Source of the DNA: Hypanus sabinus
Taxonomy: Eukaryota
Length of the DNA: 64,000 nucleotides
Direction: 5' to 3'
Assembly (NCBI RefSeq): GCF_030144855.1
Contig: NC_082731.1
Location: 27,404,001 to 27,468,000 of the forward strand
In this document: piece after piece, positions 1-12,559 of the stretch
Numbering within the stretch: position 1 is the stretch's first letter
How the letters are laid out: each line of letters begins with the position of its first letter
Translations under genes and position numbers: made by a program
The notes under the pieces: model-generated
Database searches by the model: none
The model's input: only the letters and a program-made list of their open reading frames with translations
Told to the model about the DNA's origin: nothing

Positions 1-189
1 ATGACACCAAATGTGCAAATACTGAAAGGAAAAAATATTAAATAAAACATATAATAATAAATAAGCAATAAATATATTGAGGACATAAGAGTCATGGAAA
101 GTCAGTCCAAAACTTGGGGATCAGTTCAGTGATGGGGCAAGAGAAGTTAAGTGAAGATATCCCCTCTAATTAAAGAGTCTGATGGTTGA

Positions 190-830
190 GTGTTAATAAC
201 TTCCTAAATCTGGTGGTGTGGATCTGGAGATTCCTGCATGTCTTTTCTGAGACGAGAGCATTGTCTGGAGGTGTGGGTCCTCAGTGATGGAGGTTGCTTT
301 TGTGCGACAGCAGTCCTTGTATATGTGGTCAATGGTAGAGAGGTCTTTATCTATAATGGACGGTGTTTTTCCATTCGGGGATTGGTGTTTCCATTCCAGG
401 CCATAATGCAACCAATCACTATACCACACATCTCTAAAAACTTGTCAACATTTTCAATGAAATGGCAAATCTTTGCAAACTGGTCAGAAAGTAGAGATGC
501 TGTCATGCTTTCTTCATAATGACACTGACACTGAGGAATTTAAAGTTGATGAACCTCTCCACCACTGATCGCCTTATGAGGACTCTTGGACTTCTGATGT
601 CCTCCTCCTGAAGTCAAATCCTCTCCTTGATGTTGTTGACATGGAGTGATGAGTTGTTGTTGTTGCACCTCTCAGCTAGATTTTCAGTCACTCCCATAAA
701 TGCTGATTTATCACCACTCTTGATTCAATCTACGACAGTGGAGTCATCAGCAAACTTAAGTAAGTCATTGAAGTTATGCTTAAAATAAAGCGATTAGAGC
801 AGGGGGCTAAGCACACAGCCTTGTGGTGCA
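190..830 (-). mobile_element. Degenerate non-LTR retrotransposon 3' fragment (Rex1/Babar-like)
   Basis: Reverse strand gives decayed RT C-terminal sequence (WCNNNNSSLHVN-like) resembling the element at 2034-5327. Boundaries approximate. Confidence 0.45.
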
Positions 831-849
831 ACTGTACTGATGGAGTTGG

Positions 850-1300
850 TAAGAAGATGACAGGGTGGTGAAGAAGGCGTTTACCATATTGGTAAACCAG
901 TCAGGGCATGGAGTCCAGGAGTGTGGAGATTATGTGGCAGTTATGTCATTTGTTGATGAGGTCACATTTGGAGTATTGTGAACAGTTTTGGTCACTCTGA
1001 TATAGGAAAGACATTGTCAAGCTGGAAATGGTACAGAAGAGATGTACAAGGATGCTGCCCAGACTAGAGAGCCTGAGTTATAGGGTGAGGTAAGCCATGC
1101 CGGTTCTTTATTATCTGGCGCAGAGGGGAATGTGGGGTGACATTAGAAGTTTGTAAAATCATGAGGGGTATGGAATGCTGGATGATCATAGGCTTTTGCT
1201 CAGTGTTGGGAGTCCAACATGGGAGGGTACTTATAGAAGATAAGAGGGCAGAGATTAAAAAGAGATCTGAGAGTTACCTTTACACTGAGAGTAGTGAGTA
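850..1300 (+). mobile_element. CR1-type LINE 3' fragment, decayed
   Basis: gaggtcacatttggagtattgtgaacagttttggtc matches the CR1 RPHLEYCVQFWSP motif, with stops and frameshifts. Confidence 0.6.
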
Positions 1301-2033
1301 CCTGGCAGCATCAATGGACCTGACCTGCTGAGATCCTTCACCATTTTGTGTGTGTTGCTTATTGATTGGTCAGGATTACAAAGAGGTTTTGTGCCTCCAT
1401 TCCCTGAGAGCTTTGGAATGGAAAGCTCCTCTCATAGGTCCTGAGAGGGTCTTCTCAGGACCCTCTCCATCAGGTCAAGTGTGGGGATTCTGTGCAAATT
1501 GCTAGGGTACTGCAGACTTTCACAGTGTACCTGGTCAGATCCTTCAATTTGTGTATGTTAACCCCTCACCAGTGAGTGGCTTTGAACACAGTGTCTCTGT
1601 AATTGTTAGGCTGAAAATTACAGTTCACTGTTGGATGGTTATCCATTTACTTTGAATTTGCTGTGAATAAAATTTTTTGATGCTCTGTAGTGATCACTTT
1701 GCAACAGTAATGGAGAGGGCAGGTAAGTGATCTAGCAAAACAGCTTAAAAATATACCATACCTGAGGACAATTTGCTTTGTTACATTAAAGTAACCTGGA
1801 ATTGAAATGCCATAAATTGTGGAAAATGATGATGTGAAACCACTGAAGTGTTGTAATCTATCAGGTCCACTCTGCCATTCAGGGAGGGAAAAGTGTGAGT
1901 CCTTCTTGCTCTGATCCTGCAAGAGACTTCAGAAAGAAAACTATGTTTGACTGTGAAGTCCTGTTGGTGTCCTGAGATTGAGTAAGATGCTGCAAAAGTA
2001 CAATTTCTCTTTTTACTACAACTGTTCTGCTCA

Positions 2034-5000
2034 AAATGGCGCCGGTATCTGGCGACTCTGCGCGTGCTCTCCACATTATCCTATAGCCGAGAAACCCTTC
2101 TAAACCTCCAATCTGCTGCATCTAGCAAGATCAACAACACCCTGGTGAAGCTACTGACCCAGCTGGAGATCACTGACGCGCCAGAATTGCTTCCTCAAAT
2201 CCGGAATGCTCCTGGACCCGATCAGCGCGGCCTGGTCCGAGGCCCACCATGTTCCCGGAGACCAGCGGCCTGCTACCGTGCCGGAGCATTTGGAGACATG
2301 GCCCATTCCAGCCAGCACCTCACTGGAGTAGACGACCACACAGAAGTGATGTTGGAGTCTTCAAGGTGCCCCAGATGCGACCTGTCGATCGATCCCCATG
2401 GAACGCGTACACCAACCTCAAAGAGCTGCCAACAACACACTGCATCGATGGAAACCTGGAAGGATGCACTATTTACCAAGGAAGTGTGGGAAAAAAACTG
2501 GGCTGCTGGTCGGATTGAAGCTGAGGGGCTTTTGGGTCCCTCTACCCACCATCCTACTAACTAATGTGCAAGCCATAGAGAACACGGTGGATGAACTTAA
2601 AGGGAGACTCACCTACTGCAGGGAGATGCAGAGCTGCTGTGTATTCTGTTTCAGAGACCTGGCTCTCCCCTCCCACCCCCGACTGTGCCATCCTACCGGA
2701 AAGATGGACTGCCCGGTGTCTTTGGGCAAGACGAGGGGAGGTGGTGTCTGCCTACTGATCGACACTGCGTGGTGCTCGGACACAGTGACACTGACAAGCT
2801 CCTGCAGTCCGGATCCAGAACACCTGTCGGTGAAGGGTCATCCCTACTATCTGCCACTTCAAGTCCCCTCCGTCAAACTGACAGCGGTCTACATTCCCCG
2901 CCAGGCGGACGTGGCGTGTGCTGTGAATACACCGTATGCCAATATCAGTGAACTTGAGAGCAGGTATCCGGAGGCTTTGCTCATTACAGCCAGGGACTTT
3001 AACCAGACCAACCTCAAAGGCACTGTCAAAGTTATACTGACATGTCTCCTGCTCCACTAGAGGCACAAATATACTTGACCACTGCTACACAGCCGTCAAG
3101 AACGTCTACCGTTCTGTCCAACGACCTCACTTCAGAAAATTGGACCATCAGGCCGACCTCCTCCTCCCGGCTTACAAATCAAAACTGGAGCGGGAGGTCA
3201 CGATGTCAAAAGTGGTGTCGCTTTGGACAGAGGAAATGGATGAAGTCCTCCGTGAATCGGTGGACTGGTTAGTATTCAAGGACTCGGCAGCTAACCTCGA
3301 TGAGTATGCCTCAGCTGTCACAGACTTTATCTGGAAAAGCACAGAGGACTGTGTGTCTTGCAAGCCGATCCGGGTATTCCCTAACCGGAAACCTTGGATG
3401 AATTATGAGGTCCAGTCCCTTTTGAAGGCTAGAGCTGCAGCTTTTAGCTCTGGGGATAGCAGTCATTACTACACGGAATCCAGGCGTGAACTCCGGAAAG
3501 CCATTAAGGGTGCCAAGCGGCAATATCAAGCCAAGTTGGAAAACCAGGCTAACCAGAGGGATGTCAGTAGACTATGGCAAGGTCTAAATGAGATCACGGC
3601 ACCAGGAAAAGGCTGGGAATATCAATAACTGTAGCGATTCTCTTCCTGATAAACTTAAAGTATTCTACCCAAGCTTCGAACAGAAGAGGAGCATCCTGCC
3701 CCCTCCGGATGAACCGGATCTGGTGACGCCGAGATTCATCGTCACCAACTAGGACATTAGAAGGGCCTTCCTGAAGATAAATCCAAGTAAGGCCGCAGCC
3801 CCAGATAGCATCCCGGGATGGGTTCTCCAGGCCTGTGCAAGCGAGCTAGCGGGAGTGTTTGCTGACATCTTCAACTGCTTCCTACTTCAGTTTAAGATCC
3901 CCTTGTGTTTTAAGAAGGCAACGATAATCATGATGCCGAAGAAGGGTAAGGTGGCATGCCTGAATGACTATCGACCTGTGACTCTGAATCAATTTCTATG
4001 AAGTGCTTCGAGTGAATAGTTATGGCACACATCAAGCATAGCCTCCCAGTCAACCTCGACGCTTTGCAATTCCCCTACCGGAACAACAGGACAATGGCAG
4101 ATGCCATCTCTCTTGCACTACATTCCTCCTTGGAACACGTGGAGAATAAAGACGCATATGTAAGGCTCCTTTTCAGTGACTACAGCTCTGTCTTTAATAC
4201 CATCATTCCAAATAAACTAATTCCTAAGTTCTGGAACCTGGGTCTTAGCACTCAGATCTGCAGCAGGATCTTCAACTTCCTCACAGACAGGACCCAGGCT
4301 GTAAAAATAGGGGACAAGCTCTCCTCTACAATCACTCTGAGCACCGGTGCCCCACAAGGCTGTGTACTCAGCCCCCTGCTGTACTCACTGTACACCCATA
4401 ATTGTGTAGCCAAGTTTCCATTGAAATCAATATACAAGTTTGCTGATGATACCACAATTGTAGGCGGTATCTCGGATAATGATGAGTCTGAGTACAGAGA
4501 GGAAATTAAGAACCTGGTGGCATGGTGCGAAGACAATAACCTATCCCTCAATGTCAGCAAGATGAAGGAATTGGTTGTTGACTTCAGAAGGAGTAGCGGA
4601 CCGCACAACCCCATCTACATCGGTGGTGTGCAGGTGGAACAGGTCAAAAGCTTTAAGTTCCTCATGGTCAATATCACAAATGACCTGATTTGGTCTAAAC
4701 AAGCAGAGTCCACTGCCAAGAAGGCCCACCAGAGCACATACTTCTTGAGAAAGCTGAAGAAATTTGGCCTGTCCCCTAAAACCCTTACTAATTTTTATAG
4801 GTGCACCGTAGAAAGCATTCTTCTAGGGTGCATCACAACCTGGTATGGAAGTTGTCCAGTGCAAGACCAGAAGAAGCTGCAGAAGATAGTGAACATAGCC
4901 CAGCACATCACACAAACCAATCTTCCATCCTTGGACTGACTTTACACCACATGCTATCGGAGCAGTGCTGCCAGGATAGTCAAGGTCAAGACCCACCCAG

Positions 5001-5327
5001 CCAACACAATTTTTGTCCCTCTTCCCTCCGCGAGAAGGTTCAGGAGCTGGAAGATTTGCATGGCCAGATTTGGGAGCAGCTTCTTTCCAACTGTGATAAG
5101 ACTGCTGAACAGATCCTGACCTGGATCTGGGCCGTACTTCCAAATATCCAGACCTACTGCCTTACTTTCCCTTTTCTGTTTTATATTTATGGTTTATAAT
5201 TTAATTTTTTATTAGATTTACTATCGATTTGTACTCCAGGGAGCACAAAGTGCAGAATTAAATATTGCTATGATGATTGTACGCTTTAATATCAATTGTT
5301 TGGTGACAATAATGTAAAGTAAAGTAA
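2034..5327 (+). mobile_element. Near full-length, disrupted Rex1/Babar-type LINE (APE endonuclease + RT)
   Basis: ORF pieces 2398-3060 (TILLTNVQAIEN, GKTRGGGVCL: endonuclease), 3140-3628 and 4022-4939 ([22 protein letters not shown]: RT). The 3' end has a gtaaa microsatellite tail near 5314-5327. Multiple frameshifts. Confidence 0.85.
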
Positions 5328-6889
5328 CTCAGATCCCTTGCCCATTCCTGCATCTCCTGCACCCTCCACTGCAGCCATCGTTTCAACGTTTTATGCTGTC
5401 AGCACCGATGTCTTCTCCCATAACCGTTCCATATTTCTGTTTTTCCCGGCTCTGAAACGCTGTTCCATAAAACACACATCCTTCAGCAAGATTTCAATCA
5501 GCTGATAAAAGACGGAGAAATGGTGAGAGACAGATGACTTGAATTTGCAGTCCTGCTGTTGCAAACTGCTTCAGGTCACTTCATTTGGTCAGCAATGTCA
5601 GGCACCAATTTGCATGTTAATGCAAAGATTTTAGAGGTAGCTGACAGAGCAAGATAAATCATATGTGCATAGAAGGAGGGAGGGAGAAAAAGAGAGGGGG
5701 AGATAGAATATATGTAGAATTAGGTTATAAAAGAGAGAATGCCTAGGTAGAAAAATTCTACAGCTCAACGGCATAAACATTGAATTCTCAATTTCAGTTA
5801 ATATAGCCACTTATATCTCTTTCTATGGCCTCCAGGTCTACAAGATCCTCCCATACTCATCCAACCAGCGACACCATCGCCAACTCTTGATCTCACTGTT
5901 TCCATCCTCTCTTGTACCTATTCCAACTGTCATCACTCACACACTTCTGCTACTGAGTTCCCTCCCACCCCCACCCCACTTTCTCATCTGCCCACTCATC
6001 CCCCTAATTTGGCTTTACCTTCCATTCCTATCAGATTTCATCATGTTCACCCTGTTGTTCCCTCCACCTGCCTTATACCAGTCCACAGTTGGATTCACAT
6101 ATCACTAACCAGCTCTTGCTCTATCTGCCCTCTACTCTTGCAGCCCAGATGCAGGGTCTTCACCTGCAGCATCAACTGTACATTCCCCACAGAGGTGTTG
6201 TCGGACCTACTCAGTTTCTCCAGCAGTTTGTTTCAAGACAATTTTAACTCTAATCTCCCATGCCTCCATGTATTCCAAGTGTCTGAACCTTCTGAATCAG
6301 TTTACCATGAGTGATCATGTTGAATCCTTTACTAAAGCCCATGTAGACAACATCCGTTTCCCTGTCATCATCAATCAGCTTCATCACTTCCCAAAAAAAT
6401 CTCATCTGTTCTTAGGGCAGGAATTCTGATGCACAAAGCAAGGCTGATGGTTCCTCATATAACCATACCTCAATAGATGTGAGTGAATCCTGCCCCTGGG
6501 AATCTTCTCCCTTCATTTCCCTACATCTGATGGGAAGCTCATGACCTATAATTTGCTGTGAATAAAATTTTCTGAGGCAATGTAGCTCTGACTTTGCAAC
6601 AGTAATAGAGAGCACGGGTAAGTAATCCAGAGAAACAGATTGCCGTTTTACGAAGAAAAACATTAGCAATTTTGCAGACATCTAGGACCTCACTTCACTA
6701 AAGGAGATACAAAGGTCACTAGCTCTTGTCCCATCCCACTCTCTCACCTCTTTATACTGGTGATCTGTGTTCTACTCTTTCAGTTAAGATGAAGAGCTTT
6801 CACTCAAAATGTTGATTACACATTTCCATCAAATTCACTTGGACCATTTCTGACACCAACATCCCCTTTCTTGGTCCATTTAGAATTTC

Positions 6890-7720
6890 TACAAAACGAC
6901 TGACTGCCGTAACTATCAGGACAACACTTCCTCTCAAATTCATTCATATAAGGATGCCATTCCTTTCAGTTTCCTTACCTCTGCTTCATCTGTTCTCGAG
7001 AAGTGGCCTTCCAAAGCAGGACATCTGGAATGTCGTCTTTTCAGAAAGAACAACAACTTTCAACTCGCTCCCATGCTGTGGTTGACAGGGACCTGACCCA
7101 CATATCCCCTTACAACAATACTGCATTGAATCCATCTCCCTCAAACAGAATAGGGAGAGAACTCCCTCGCCTTTCATCCCTCCAGCCTTCACATCCAGTA
7201 GTTAATTCTCAGCCATTTCCGACAGCTACGATGTGATCCCACCATTCATCCACTCCCCATTAATTTACTTTCCATGGGGAACAGCTTCTCTGTGATTCAC
7301 TGGTTTGTTGATAACTCACCCTCACCAGGCATTTCCCCTGCAATTGGTGATGGTGTAACACCTGTCCCTGAAACTCCTCACCACCATTCAATGATCTAAA
7401 CAGTCTTTCCAATGAGGGTCAGATTTCCATCTATTTTTGACTATTGCATTCAGTGTTCTCAAGGTGACACAAGTGCTGACTAGGGAACCACTTTAACAAA
7501 TACCTGCAGAATGACCATCAATATCTCTCACTTGCAGGCCATTTAAATTCCTCTCCCAATTATCACAGCAAGCCATCAGGTCTTGGCATCATTCAGTGCA
7601 ACGATGAGTCTAAAAGCAAGCCAGAGGAATAGAACCTCATATTCCACCAGTTATCTACAGTCTGATATCCCAGATATTGAATTCTCCAATTTCAGGACAA
7701 ATTCTCCTCCTCTGTTCCCT
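6890..7720 (+). mobile_element. Penelope-like element remnant (RT C-terminus / GIY-YIG region)
   Basis: Decayed translation similar to the recalled PLE motifs YKPTD, AIPFSQFLRL, AFHSRTSEMSSFF and YCIQCS. Confidence 0.55.
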
Positions 7721-8893
7721 TTCATCTCTCATCCTGGTCTATCCAGACCTTCTTGTATACATCATTGTTTCCAAATTCCCCAACCCCAACGAGACCCCAG
7801 GGGAATTGTTTATTTCTGACAAGCAAATTTCAAAGGAGATCAAGCAGCAGTGCCACGGTCTCTTGGTCATCGTGGAGAGTGGACGTTAGAGTCAGAATGG
7901 ATTTTTTCTGATACTATAAGTTTTCAACTTTAAGATATGTAATTTCCTCAGCTCTGGTGAAAGGCTTGTGATATTAGTTTGTTTCTCTGCACAGATAGTG
8001 GCTGTCTTGTAATTTCAGTAGTTTTTATCTCTTATTTGCAACATCTGTAGGTATTTGTCTTTCAGTGATGATTTCATTCTTTCCGTTGGAGTTCAGATGC
8101 CAATTTTGTCAGAAGCCGATTTGATTTGAACAATTTGTTATCCTGCAATCATAACTGCAAGCACTAGGGGTCTCCAGATATTGATCCTTTTGTTTAACTG
8201 GCTGATGTAACAGTCTCCGAGTGTCAGTGTAACAGTCAGGCAATGCTGGACGGTGTGAGTGAAACAGTGCACAGGGGGATTCCATTGTGCCAGAAGATCC
8301 TGAGACTACAGGAGATCTTCGGATGAATTTGTCACATTGAAAGTGACAGACAGGGAAAGGAGAGGGTTTTCATTCATCAATTAGTAACTCACACATGGGG
8401 CATTTTATACAATTCCTGCTTTCTCTCGCTGGCGTTTTCTGTCAACATCATTACCTTGCAATAATTTGCATTTATACGGTATCTTGATTTGAGCTCTTGC
8501 TCATTGGACTCTATTTTTGCTATTTTACAGTTGTTTTGACGATCATTGACATACATGAGTTGGCATAGTTGGTGTTGTATATTGTCTACTCACCGACAGT
8601 CCATTTCTTTCCCTCCACCACTGATGTACAATGATATATTGCCTGTACAGTGCTTCCAAGAGTTTTTCCTTCTGATTTGCAACATGAGCAGGTTTTCTTT
8701 ATTTAAGTAGTTTCATTCTGTCTGTTGAACCCAGATGCTCATGGACTGTCCTCATTCAGGGATTCGACAACTTCCTTCCATCGATGCTGCTCAGCCTGCT
8801 GAATTCCTCCAGTAGATTGTGTGTAGCTCCAGATCCCAGCATTTGCAGACTCTTGTGTCTGGATTGAAGTCAATTTGACCAGAAGCACTTGTT

Positions 8894-9809
8894 GTTGTTG
8901 TTGTTGATCATCCTTCGAAGACGACCACAACTTCTGTCAGGTGGAGGGTTTGTGACTGTGGGTCCGGAGGTGACTGGTGAGGCCAATCCGGGCCCTGAAA
9001 GCTCACCCACATGTGGGACACATGAGGGTAGGTGCTGCAGTGGAAGTGGAAGTAGCTCGAGCCTTGCGTGCAGCGCGTTTCCTCTGAGCCTCTGTGGTGT
9101 GTCTGATTTCTGCTGCATACACTCCTTTAGTGGTCCTGCTCCACCAGGCTGGGCAGTCCAGAGCAAGTGATTCCGAGTTACTGGGATTGATGTTGAGGTC
9201 TTTGAGGGACACTTTGAGGCAGTCTTTGAAACATTTCTTCTGCCCTCCAACTGAGCGCTTGCCCTGGCTCAGCTCTCCATACAGCAGCTGTTCTGGTAGT
9301 TGACTGTCAGACATCCTGACGACATGGCCAGCCCATCTGGCTTGGGCTTTCTATAGGAGGGTGTAGACGCTGTGGGTGGCAGCCCACTCCAGGACCTCCG
9401 TGTCTGGGACTTTGTCCTGCCATCGTACGTGGAGAAGTCTGTGGAGGCAGCTCAAGTGGAAGTGGTTGAGCTGTTTAGCGTGTCTGCTGTAGACAGTCCA
9501 GGCCTCGCTGGCATTCGCTGGGAGGTGAGAACCACTGCTCGGTAGACTTTCAGCTTGGTGGTAAGGCTGAGTCCTCTCTGCTCCTATACATTCTCACGGT
9601 GTCTCCCAAAGGCAGCACTGGCTTTGGCAATTCTGTTGCTCATCTCAGCATCTATGTTCACCGCTCATGATAGAGTACTGCCCAGATAAGTAAAGCTGTC
9701 GACTGCCAGTAGCTTCTGCCCCTTTATTGTGATGTGTAGGTCCTGGTAGGACTTTCCGGGTAGGCCCTACCAGGAACCACACATCACAGTAAAGGGAACC
9801 ACACAGCAC
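8894..9809 (-). mobile_element. 5'-truncated RTE-clade LINE with 11-bp TSD
   Basis: ORF 9003-9314 (QLLYGELSQGKRSVGGQKKCFKD) is an RTE C-terminus. (GTT)n tail at 8891-8906. Direct repeat AAGCACTTGTT at 8883-8893 and 9810-9820. Confidence 0.85.
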
Positions 9810-9890
9810 AAGCACTTGTTACCTTGCAGTGATAAACTGCAACCACAGAGGAACATCTCCAAACATTCAGTCTTCAGTCAAAGAGATTGT

Positions 9891-9922
9891 TGTAATACTG
9901 ACCAACAGCCACTGGGTGTCAG
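9891..9922 (+). promoter_or_regulatory. CTCF-like site with upstream module
   Basis: TGTAATACT starts 18 nt before the core CCACTGGGTGTCAG (9909-9922). Confidence 0.5.
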
Positions 9923-10399
9923 TGTTTCAGCCAGACAGAGAGGGTGGAAAATGGGGGTGAAACACAGTTCCCGAGTCTGAAGGAGCTCTTCAGCTGAGTT
10001 TGTCACATTGAAATTTGTCTTTCTTTCACATCCTAAATGCCCGATTGTTGGTGGGTTAATTGCCCACCGTAAATTGCACATGCATTGGGAGAGTCAAAGA
10101 GTGAAGGAACATGGAAACAGGCACTTCGGCCCAACTCGTCCATGCTGACCATGATGCCCATCCAAGCCTGTCACATTGACAGCATTTTCTGGGGTCTTTT
10201 TCTATCCATGCCCTCTTGATTTTATGCATCTCTACGAAATCACTCAATCTCCTGCAAGCCAGATTTTCACCAGATCTAAGCTGGAGATTGCTAGAGATTT
10301 AATAAACAAGTAGAGTATCAGAAGAACATCGCATCTCACTGTTATTTTGACTCCTCACAGTGACTGGGAATAAATTATTTGTTCTGCAATTGGTATATT

Positions 10400-11620
10400 C
10401 ACTCCAATGAAAGTACTAGTCTAGGCAGCCTCTCCCTTTAACTCAGTGATGGTAACCTCCTTGTAAATCTTTTCTGCACTCTTTCCAGATTGATAACATA
10501 TTTTCACCAGCAGGATGAATAAGAACTGAACACTATACCCCATATGCAATCTCACCAGCACGTTGTACAATCCCACCATGTGCTCCCAATTTTTACACAC
10601 AATGCCAACAGTTTTCTTCACCACCCTGTCTGTCTGTGACTCCAATTTCTGTGAACCATATAGACCATAAGATATTGGAGCAGAATTAGGCCATTCAGCT
10701 GATTGGGTCCGATCCGCCATTTGATCATGGCTGCTCCATTTCCCTCTCAACCCCATTCTCTTACCTTCTCCCCACAATCTTTCACGCCCTGACATCAAGA
10801 ATTTATCAACATCCATTTTAAATGCACTCAGTGACTTGGCCTCCAGAACTGCATGTGAAAACGAATTCTACAGATTCCCCACCCATAGGCTAAAGAAATT
10901 GTTCCTCATCTCTGTTTTAAATGGATATCCCTCTATTCTGAAGTTGTGTCCTTTGGCCCTAGACTTCCCCTGCATGGGGTCCATCCTCTGCCCATGCATT
11001 CTTATCTAGGCCTTTCAACATTCGATAGATTCAATGAGATCCCCCCCCCCCCACCTTCTAAATTCCAGCAGGTACAGGCACAGAGCCATCAAATGCTCCT
11101 CATATGATTCGCCTTTCAATCCCAGAGTCATTTTCGTGAGCCTCCCTTGAACTCTGCCCAAAGTCAACACATCCTTACTTTGATAAGGGGAACGAAATTG
11201 CTCTCAATATTCCCAGTAAAGCTACACCAATGCCTTATAAAGCCCCAGAATTACATCCTTGTTTTTATATTCTTGTCCTCTGAAATGAATAGTAACACTG
11301 CATTTGCTTTCCTCACCACTGACCTACAATTTAAACTTCAGGGAATTCTGCACAAGAACTCATAAGTCGTTTTGAAACCCCTTTGCATCTTGGATTTTTG
11401 AGTTTTCTCCCCATTTAGAAAATAGTCTATGCTTTTACTCCTTCTACAGGTGCATGATTATACACTTCCCAACAGTATATTCCATCTGCCATTTCTTTGT
11501 CCAATCACTAATCTAAATCCCTCTGCAGCCTACCTGCTTCCTCGACACCACCTGCCCCTCCACCTTTCTTCATATTGTCTGCAAACTTGACCAAAAAGCC
11601 ACCAATTCTGTCATCCAAAT
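10400..11620 (-). mobile_element. CR1-type LINE 3' fragments
   Basis: Reverse-strand CR1 C-terminal motifs (LYNVLVRLHMGYSVQF) and 3' UTR-like sequence, nested and decayed. Confidence 0.6.
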
Positions 11621-11625
11621 CGTTG

Positions 11626-12555
11626 TGTTACGTACCCTGTAACTGGGTGTCTAACTAGCAAAGAAGAATCCATTGGAGTCTGGTGGTACTATATTCAAAA
11701 GTGTTTATTAGAAAAATAAGCAAATCAATACCAATAATGCAAATATATAGATAACACACGTTACCAACAATAAACCTAAATGTGTGGGAATAATAATAAG
11801 CAATAATAAACAAGCTCCATCGATGTCTAGGGGGATAAACAATTGACATAGAAAAGTATAAAGTTCAGTTCATGCGTGCTGAGGTAGATATGGTTGTTGT
11901 GTTGTAATTGTTGGAGAGAGAGAGAGAGACAGAGAGAGTGAGCGAGTTGTAACAGTTACAGTCAGGCAAACCTTCCTTTGCGTTCTTAACCATCATGTTG
12001 TTGAGGCCATTCAGTTATGACCCCTCTGTCCTTCAGCTAGACCGTTCTTCTGTGGTGGACTCGTCACTCTGGCATGAGTGGACACACACACAAGTCCCCA
12101 CCGGCCCTGCTATAACAATGTGAGTTTAACTGACTGGTCTCCTGGTCCGGTCTCCGATGCCCCACACCTTCCCGTGGGTTCCAACACTCAATCAGTGTCC
12201 ACTAGTGTGTCTCCTGGTGTGTCTGAAGGGTGTCTCTCCATACCTGAATTTTATCCCTGCTCACGGTGTCTCATCTATCAATCACTTTTGATTGGCTGTG
12301 TCCATCAAACCAGCCCACTCCGGCTGTCCACTGAGGAATGTTAGTGAACAGAATGGTACAAGATAAATAACCCTCTCAGAAGTCATAATACAGTGAATCA
12401 ACATGTCTCTCTCCCCTCTCTTATCAGTGGCAGATGTTCTTGCATGTTTCCTCCTTATCTCTCTCTCTCATGAGCAGCATAGCAACAGTAATGGTTTGTG
12501 ATTCTCCCGGGGGGTGGGGGAATATGGGCAACTCTGCACCCTTCTGCCCATCACA
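11626..12555. mobile_element. Possible LTR-like insertion interrupting a CR1
   Basis: Unrelated sequence starting TGTTA and ending TCACA lies between two contiguous CR1 RT segments. No TSD found. Confidence 0.35.
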
Positions 12556-12559
12556 GCCA

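Noticed and set aside
5394-5501. Minus-strand acceptor followed by a 36-codon open frame
   Set aside because: No recognisable protein and no partner exons.
5608-5627. Inverted octamer pair ATTTGCAT-gtta-ATGCAAAG
   Set aside because: 40 kb from the V promoter; isolated octamers occur several times in this AT-rich window at about chance frequency.
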